The notes beneath the pieces were generated by a model that saw nothing but the letters and a program-made list of their open reading frames with translations, was not told the origin of the DNA and ran no database searches. Below are positions 58,471 through 64,000 of a stretch of 64,000 nucleotides of DNA, in pieces. The stretch is from Klebsormidium nitens (taxonomy: Eukaryota > Plantae > Klebsormidiophyceae): assembly GCA_000708835.1 (NCBI GenBank), contig DF237277.1:1-64000 (forward strand), in the 5' to 3' direction. Each line of letters starts with the position of its first letter. Positions within the stretch are counted from its first letter, which is position 1. Position numbers and translations under genes: made by a program.

Positions 58471-59279
58471 TCACGTCCCGATCGCGGCTAACAGTCCGCA
58501 GGCTAATGGTCAAGTTGAACGTTACATGCAGGTGATCAAAGCTTGTCTGCGGAAGTGTGCTCACGAGCACCCTGACAGCTGGCACCAGCATCTCTCCGGA
58601 GTCGCGTTCGATATTAGGACCACCTTTTCAGGACACCATTCAAATGTCTCCTTTTCAATGCCTTTACGGTCGTTCCCCCCTTTTACCGATCGAAATCAAC
58701 AGTCTTCCTACTCGCCACGGGTTGGTGCGGCCGAACCTCAATCGCCCAGAGACCGAAGCGGAGCGCCAGCAGAGGATTAGTAACATTCACCAAGCTCAAT
58801 CATCGGCCAAGGCAATGATTTTGGGCGCGTCTATTGTGCAGAGAAAGAACTTCGCCCGATGGAACGCCACGGCGAAAAACAAGGTCGCGCTTTTGAAAAA
58901 AGGGGATTGGGTGTTAATGAAGCGGCCCGGGACGATTAGGGGTCATCGACTCCGATGCGAAGGCCCTTACGCGTTCCTTGGGTGGCTCCCCGGTCTCAAA
59001 AACAAGAAGGCGGTTTTGCAAGACCATCTCGGGCAAAAATGGTTCCGCAACGCTCACGAGCTTTGCCGGTATTTTCCCCGTATCCAGTTCGTCCGCGAGT
59101 ACCTGGAGGAGGTCCGCGCCGTGGATGGCGTCCGCCCTATGCCCAACCTTCTTATTGCCCGTTTCCTCGAGAGGAATTTCGTGGCCCCCCCTTTTGCCAG
59201 CCTCCGTTTGGAGCAGGCTATTACCAAGGTCCGCAAGCTCCATGGTTTCGTCCCCCTCCGCCGCAGTTCCACTCAATGA
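58460..59279 (+). pseudogene. Truncated, frameshifted retrotransposon integrase (end of catalytic core + GPY/F domain)
   Basis: NSPQANGQVERYMQVIKACLRK...W...RTT, then (after an extra T at 58625-58628) FQDTIQMSPFQCLYGRSPLLP...KKGDWVLMK...EGPY. The HHCC domain and both catalytic Asp are absent, and no chromodomain is evident. Confidence 0.9.
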
Positions 59280-59776
59280 GTCCTGCCCTCAATTTCGCAG
59301 GTTCGAAGCGTCCATACCGGCGGGGTATGAGCGAGGAAGGGCACGAGAGGAAGAAGCGGCAGCGGCGAGCGGAGGAGCGGCCCCATCGGAAGCGGGGGCC
59401 CCCTGAAACTTCGGAATCCACGGAATCCGAAGAAGTTCCATTAGTCCGGAAAAGGATGTCGCGGAAAGAGCACTCGGAAGCCACGGCTGAAGAGCAGGAC
59501 GCGGCTATGGGGAGGCTGGACGAGGCCGATTTACACCGGCCCCTTGACGTCCTGCCCGCCCCGCATCAGCCGGATCTTCGTTTTGAGGAATTGCAAGCGC
59601 CTCTTCTCGAAGTCATTCCGGCGAACCCGCGAACGGAACCCAAACGGATGACGGAAATTGACCAAGCCCAAGCGCTGGTGGCAAGCCACAGTGCAATTGC
59701 GGGAAAGGTCTGCACCCAGTTGTTGGCCAACTGGATTTTCGTCATTGGGCATTGCTTGAAGCACGTCCGTGGTTAA
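59276..59776 (+). CDS. LTR-element extra ORF A (166 aa, basic/acidic, unknown function)
   Basis: The ATG overlaps the integrase stop (ATGA at 59276-59279). The frame is open, with NLS-like RKKRQRR and HRKR clusters. No family recognised. Confidence 0.5.
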   Translation: MSPALNFAGSKRPYRRGMSEEGHERKKRQRRAEERPHRKRGPPETSESTESEEVPLVRKRMSRKEHSEATAEEQDAAMGRLDEADLHRPLDVLPAPHQPDLRFEELQAPLLEVIPANPRTEPKRMTEIDQAQALVASHSAIAGKVCTQLLANWIFVIGHCLKHVRG

Positions 59777-59897
59777 GAGTTACATGCGCGGCTAGCCGCT
59801 AATTCAGTTCCTCATCGGGATTCTCCGGCGGATACTCCTAAGCGAAGCGTTCAATCTCCTTAGCGGACCGCATGCGGTCGAGGAGAGAGCGTATTTG

Positions 59898-61373
59898 ATG
59901 GGGGTAGCGGAGTGGGCCCGGCACGAGCGGTCCGACCCCGCGGGGAAGGACATTGATTTTTTCGTGGGGCAGTGGTCCAGCAAGATTGCTAAACGGCCAA
60001 GGCCGGCGCAATCCTTTGGACAATGGCAGTATGGGGTTTCGGCAGTTCTTACCGGGGGTCGAGTGGAGCAAGAGCTGGCAGCCATCGCACGCGATACTGC
60101 GCAGTGGTTGGACAAACCCTTAACCTTCCCCCCGTTCCTGCGGAGCGAACTTCGAAAAGTTAAGCCCCGCGAGATCCAAGTCCCTGCCAAGCCTCACAAG
60201 ACTCGGGAGTCAGTATTGGTCTTGGCGGATTGGGAGTTAGCGAGCGCTGCGTGTCCTTTTCCACGGAAGGGACTCAAGAGCGAGGGTGAGCAGACGGTCG
60301 AAGGCGCCCAGTCGGCGGGCAGGACCGATTCGCAGACGCCGTCGTTCGTGGATGTGGTGCGGCGGCGCGAGTCGAGCGGTGGCGGCCGCGGTAGAGGAGC
60401 GCGCGCGCCGACGCCCAAGAAGCAGAAGACCGGAGCCACCGAGGGCGCCCAAGGCGGGGAGGCGGAGAGCGCGCGCGCGCGACGCCGTCAGAGCCGAGGG
60501 GAGAAGTCGCGGGAGGAGTCCGGCGGAGAAATGGAAGGAGCGGGGCAGGGGCCGGCTGCTACGGTCATGACCGAGGAGCCGGCAGAAGAAAATGAAAACA
60601 ACATGTTGCGCGCCTGGGAGGTGGCGAAAAGTTCGGCGGAAGACGAGTGGCTTCGCCGCGCGCGCGCGGACAAAGTCAAACGTTTTGGGACCAGGAGCGA
60701 CCGGGGCGGGAAGTTTGTAGAAGAGATTCAGAAGGATGGCGTGTGGTGCAAGATCCAACGTATTGAGGGCACGCAAGAAAAGTGGGAGTCCGCCGGAATT
60801 GAGATTCCCCAGCTGCAACTAAGAGTCCACGGATTCTTACGGAACATTCTGTGGGGGGAACCGGTAGCCGAGCGGTTTGCACTTTTTATGCCGGATGAGT
60901 TCTTCTCGCAGTACGTGGACGGCACCACGGTGTCGGACCTGGGTCTCGTGGAGTTGGAACAGCTAGCTCTTGATGGAACGCTGCAGGAATGGGAAAGGAG
61001 CGCTAATCGGGGGGTCCTGTTCCAGTGGGGAATGTTAAACGACCCCAACCAGTTGTACAGTCCACGGACTGTGTCGCTGTCAGCCTTCCAGTGCAGCTCA
61101 CGCGACGAAGAGCTGGATTCTGCCTTCCACGACGTCGACCTTACGATCCCCGCGGCGGTCATCGAGCAGATCGTTTTTGATCGCAGAAAGGAGCCGCGGT
61201 GGACGAAGGATCGCGTTCGTGAGTTGCTCACGAATGAGGACTGGGGGGTTCCGGCGTGGTCGAATCTTTCGGAAGCGGACCGGAAGGATAACGACAGAGC
61301 TGCTCAACAACTCCTGGCTGCTTTAGGGGAGTCGGATAGGCGGCAAGGCCGGAAGCAACAGGGAAGAGAGTGA
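59898..61373 (+). CDS. LTR-element extra ORF B (~490 aa; two globular-looking segments separated by an R/G/E-rich linker; unknown function)
   Basis: 1.5-kb open frame with protein-like composition and several Trp-containing segments. No family recognised. Confidence 0.65.
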   Translation: MGVAEWARHERSDPAGKDIDFFVGQWSSKIAKRPRPAQSFGQWQYGVSAVLTGGRVEQELAAIARDTAQWLDKPLTFPPFLRSELRKVKPREIQVPAKPHKTRESVLVLADWELASAACPFPRKGLKSEGEQTVEGAQSAGRTDSQTPSFVDVVRRRESSGGGRGRGARAPTPKKQKTGATEGAQGGEAESARARRRQSRGEKSREESGGEMEGAGQGPAATVMTEEPAEENENNMLRAWEVAKSSAEDEWLRRARADKVKRFGTRSDRGGKFVEEIQKDGVWCKIQRIEGTQEKWESAGIEIPQLQLRVHGFLRNILWGEPVAERFALFMPDEFFSQYVDGTTVSDLGLVELEQLALDGTLQEWERSANRGVLFQWGMLNDPNQLYSPRTVSLSAFQCSSRDEELDSAFHDVDLTIPAAVIEQIVFDRRKEPRWTKDRVRELLTNEDWGVPAWSNLSEADRKDNDRAAQQLLAALGESDRRQGRKQQGRE

Positions 61374-63375
61374 AAGAAGAGAGAGCGGGAATCTCCTCCG
61401 AGGAGGAAATCGAACTCATCGGGGAAACTTGCAGATTTGCGGGTGAGGATTACGAGAGGATGGGGAGCGTTCGCGAAAAGGTTGCAGCCAAGGTTGTGAC
61501 CGCCGGAGCGGATACTCCAAAGGAGGGGAGGAAAAAGCCGGAGCCGGAACCTAAGGGAACCGGAACGAAGAAGGGGAAGCTGAGGAAGTCAGACCCGGAA
61601 GCGGAACGGGGGCGGTCGAATTGAAATCGCCTCCCCCGGGATCGGCTACCTTGGAAGAGGCTCAGCTGAAAAGTCCGAGGACTCCATCTAAGTCCCCGGC
61701 AAAAGCCTCTGGCGGAACGGAACGGAAGAAGGCGGAACCGGAAATCAAGGTTTCCGGCGGAAAGAAGGGACTCGACGAGTCGGGCCCCGAGCGAAAGCAG
61801 GTTGAAACAGGTAAAAAGGTCGAGAAGGGTGCGGAGCCCAAGGGCCCTGCACCAGAAACTGTTGTAATTCTGGAGGTAGGGAAGACGGAAGCCAGAACCG
61901 AGCCCAAGGGCGGTCCGCCGGAACAGCGGAAAGCATTGGGGGAAGTTCAGAAGAGCGAAATGTCTGCGGACATTCCGGGGGGCGATCTCGAAACAGCTTT
62001 AGCGGATCTTAATGCGAAGGAGGAAGCTGAGTACGAGAAAGCCCAGGAACAGGAAAAGACGGATCGGGAAGAAGAGCGGAAGCGGAAAGATGCAGAAGAA
62101 GAGGAGCGGAAGCGGGAAGCAGAAGAAGTGGCCACGGCCTGGGCGAAGGGGTTAGATCATGCGGGGATCGCGCTTGGCGAAAGCGCGTTTGAACCGGATC
62201 TACCACCCAGCACCGAGGCAGAAAAGCAGGCCTATATAAAAGAAGCGGCCGGCGGGTCAGGGGGCGGAAAGTTGGAAAGGCCCAAGGGCGCACTTGTTTT
62301 TGGGGGCCTAGCAGCAGACCAGGGGCGAGAAGACGCTGTCAAGGCGCCAATTGCCCCGGTAAGTCGACTCCGTTTTCCGTCACCTGGGCCAAGACTGCCT
62401 CTGCAGGAGAAGAATTTGAAAAACGATAGAAGTCGTTTTGAAGCAATGAGGAAAGGTTCCCCTGCCCAGATCTCCAAGGAGACGCTGCAGGACGATATTC
62501 GGATAACTATAGCATCGGTGAAGGAATCCCGTTCGCCATGTCGGCGCTGTCAGAAGTTCGGTCATTTCCCGAGGGAGTGCCCGAATCAAGTCGCCTCCGT
62601 TCATTGTGTTTGCTGCAACTCCTATGGAAGGCATCGAAAGCGCTGCAAGCAGCGTCGGGCGATGTATTCGGACGTGGTGTCCGTAGACTTAGACTCGCCT
62701 TTGGCGCGAGAGGTGAGGAAGGAAATAGCTCGGGAAGCTGGTGGGTCTGACACAGAGAGTGAATCCCCTCTGCAGACGGCCGAAGCGGCCGCTGGTGACA
62801 CGTCACCAGGGGCGACAGCACTGTCGGGGCGTCCGTTCCTGGTCTCGGACGGGGGAATTCCGTTGGACGGCGGAGTTCCGGTGGGCGGAGCGGCCTCCAC
62901 GGAGGCGCCGGATCTCGATCCGGACAAGTTCACGGGCATGGCTTTTGAGGAAGGACTCGGGGGTGAAGCAGAAGAAGCGGCCGCGGCACTCGAGAACGTG
63001 CGAGGGATCGTTGTTCCGTCCCTAGGAGTTCCGGAAACCCGAACTGGTCAAGACCAGTTCGAGAGCGGAGGGGCTTTGACGGAACGGCGGAACGATACCG
63101 CACCTTCTCCTAGCTCATCGCGGCGCGGGGGTCGCGGTCCGGTTACCGCTTACCCTCTCCTAGGGTCCGTCACGCATTACGTCAGCCGCCGGAGCGGAAT
63201 GATGGCGATTCAACGTTTTGTGGACGGACAGATTACGGTCAGCATGGTTCCGCTGGGTCGGTACATGCGAGGGGCCGAGTTTTCGCAGCCGACGACCGTG
63301 CACTTCGTGAAAGGAGTCCCACGGGGTTTCTTCCAGAGGAGCGCGGAGGCGTGCGAATCCGACGAATCAGAATAG
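61370..63375 (+). CDS. LTR-element extra ORF C/D (probably one ORF split by a frameshift near 61620) with coiled-coil and CCHC zinc knuckle
   Basis: CRRCQKFGHFPREC (CX2CX4HX4C) at 62539-62580, followed by the variant CVCCNSYGRHRKRC. The RKKxEPExKxxGxKKG repeat occurs in both C and D, linking them. Confidence 0.7.
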
Positions 63376-63752
63376 ATGTACAGAGCGGCAGTAGTCCGCA
63401 AAATGTACTATAGTGTAAATGGAACCGAGGCTGTCGACGCTAGGGACATGAAAGCAGGGGACCACCACGGTGCGCCCCTGGGTAGTTTGTGTGGATTTGG
63501 TAAAGGCTAGCGAAACTCTTGGCACGGCAGAGTCACGACTCTGTTTTGAGAATTCAGTGTACTTCTTTCGAACCGTGTCGGGATTCGCCACGGCGTCTTC
63601 CGGAAAGGTTCTCAACGTCCAGGTGTACCTTTTCTCTCTTCATGACTAAGGCTTGAACGTTCCAATTTGGATGGATAGCTTAGAAGAGAGTTTTTAATGG
63701 CACCAAGACCTCTGGTAATCATGGCTGGATTTGGACGCGAGGACGCTTTTTC

Positions 63753-63764
63753 GAACGGGGGGAG
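63753..63764 (+). promoter_or_regulatory. Polypurine tract upstream of the 3' LTR
   Basis: GAACGGGGGGAG, 10 nt before the start of the LTR repeat. Confidence 0.6.
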
Positions 63765-63774
63765 CCGTCACAGC

Positions 63775-64000
63775 TGTGACGAAATAATAAGGCTTAGCCG
63801 CAAAGGTTGCGGGTCCGGCGCGCGGAGTCGCGCGGCCGCCTAGAATACGTCGACGTGTCGTCGGTAGAGATGTCTAAACCCCGAACCCTTGATGTCACGA
63901 GGAGTTGAGTAGGACACTCACCGAGCGGCGGTTATAGACTTGAGATAGACATGCATGAACTGGAACTGGATCGTCCTCTTTTTCTACTTGTCGGATTTGG
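63775..64000 (+). repeat. 3' LTR (truncated by window end)
   Basis: 225/226 identical to 58004-58229. Confidence 0.9.

Larger units (their letters stand above)
58004..64000 (+). mobile_element. Ty3/gypsy-type LTR retrotransposon, internally deleted (no recognisable upstream gag, PR, RT or RH), with extra sense ORFs 3' of integrase; the 3' LTR runs off the window
   Basis: Direct repeats start TGTGACG at 58004 and 63775, offset 5771, with 1 mismatch in 226 nt. A PBS follows the left repeat, a polypurine tract precedes the right repeat, and a gypsy integrase C-terminal half with GPY/F module lies between. Confidence 0.9.

Overview
Eukaryotic, intron-rich nuclear DNA. The gene set (SECE2-like, lpxC, PPR-SMR, algal-type gulonolactone oxidase-like), GC-rich exons and GT-AG introns suggest a streptophyte green alga such as Klebsormidium; this is an inference, no database was searched. 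Exon chains were assembled by hand from splice signals and reading-frame phase. Genes found: plastid SecE2-like (-), DHHC S-acyltransferase (+), a truncated and frameshifted bacterial-type histidine decarboxylase fragment (-), two tandem paralogous secreted Cys-rich modular proteins (+, all introns phase 1, one copy frameshifted), an 11-exon FAD-linked aldonolactone oxidase-like gene (-) whose introns contain many duplicated splice junctions, a ~2100-aa PPR-SMR gene (-), LpxC (+), a SETD3-like methyltransferase (+) and a coiled-coil/PHD gene (-). The last 6 kb is a very young Ty3/gypsy-type LTR element (1 mismatch in 226 nt between LTRs). Its tRNA-Leu PBS is fused directly to the middle of integrase, and it carries about 4.1 kb of unexplained sense ORFs downstream of pol, including a CCHC zinc knuckle. 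The most interesting signals are this LTR element, the recurrent tandem duplication of splice sites, the phase-1 modular Cys-rich family and the bacterial-like decarboxylase fragment.
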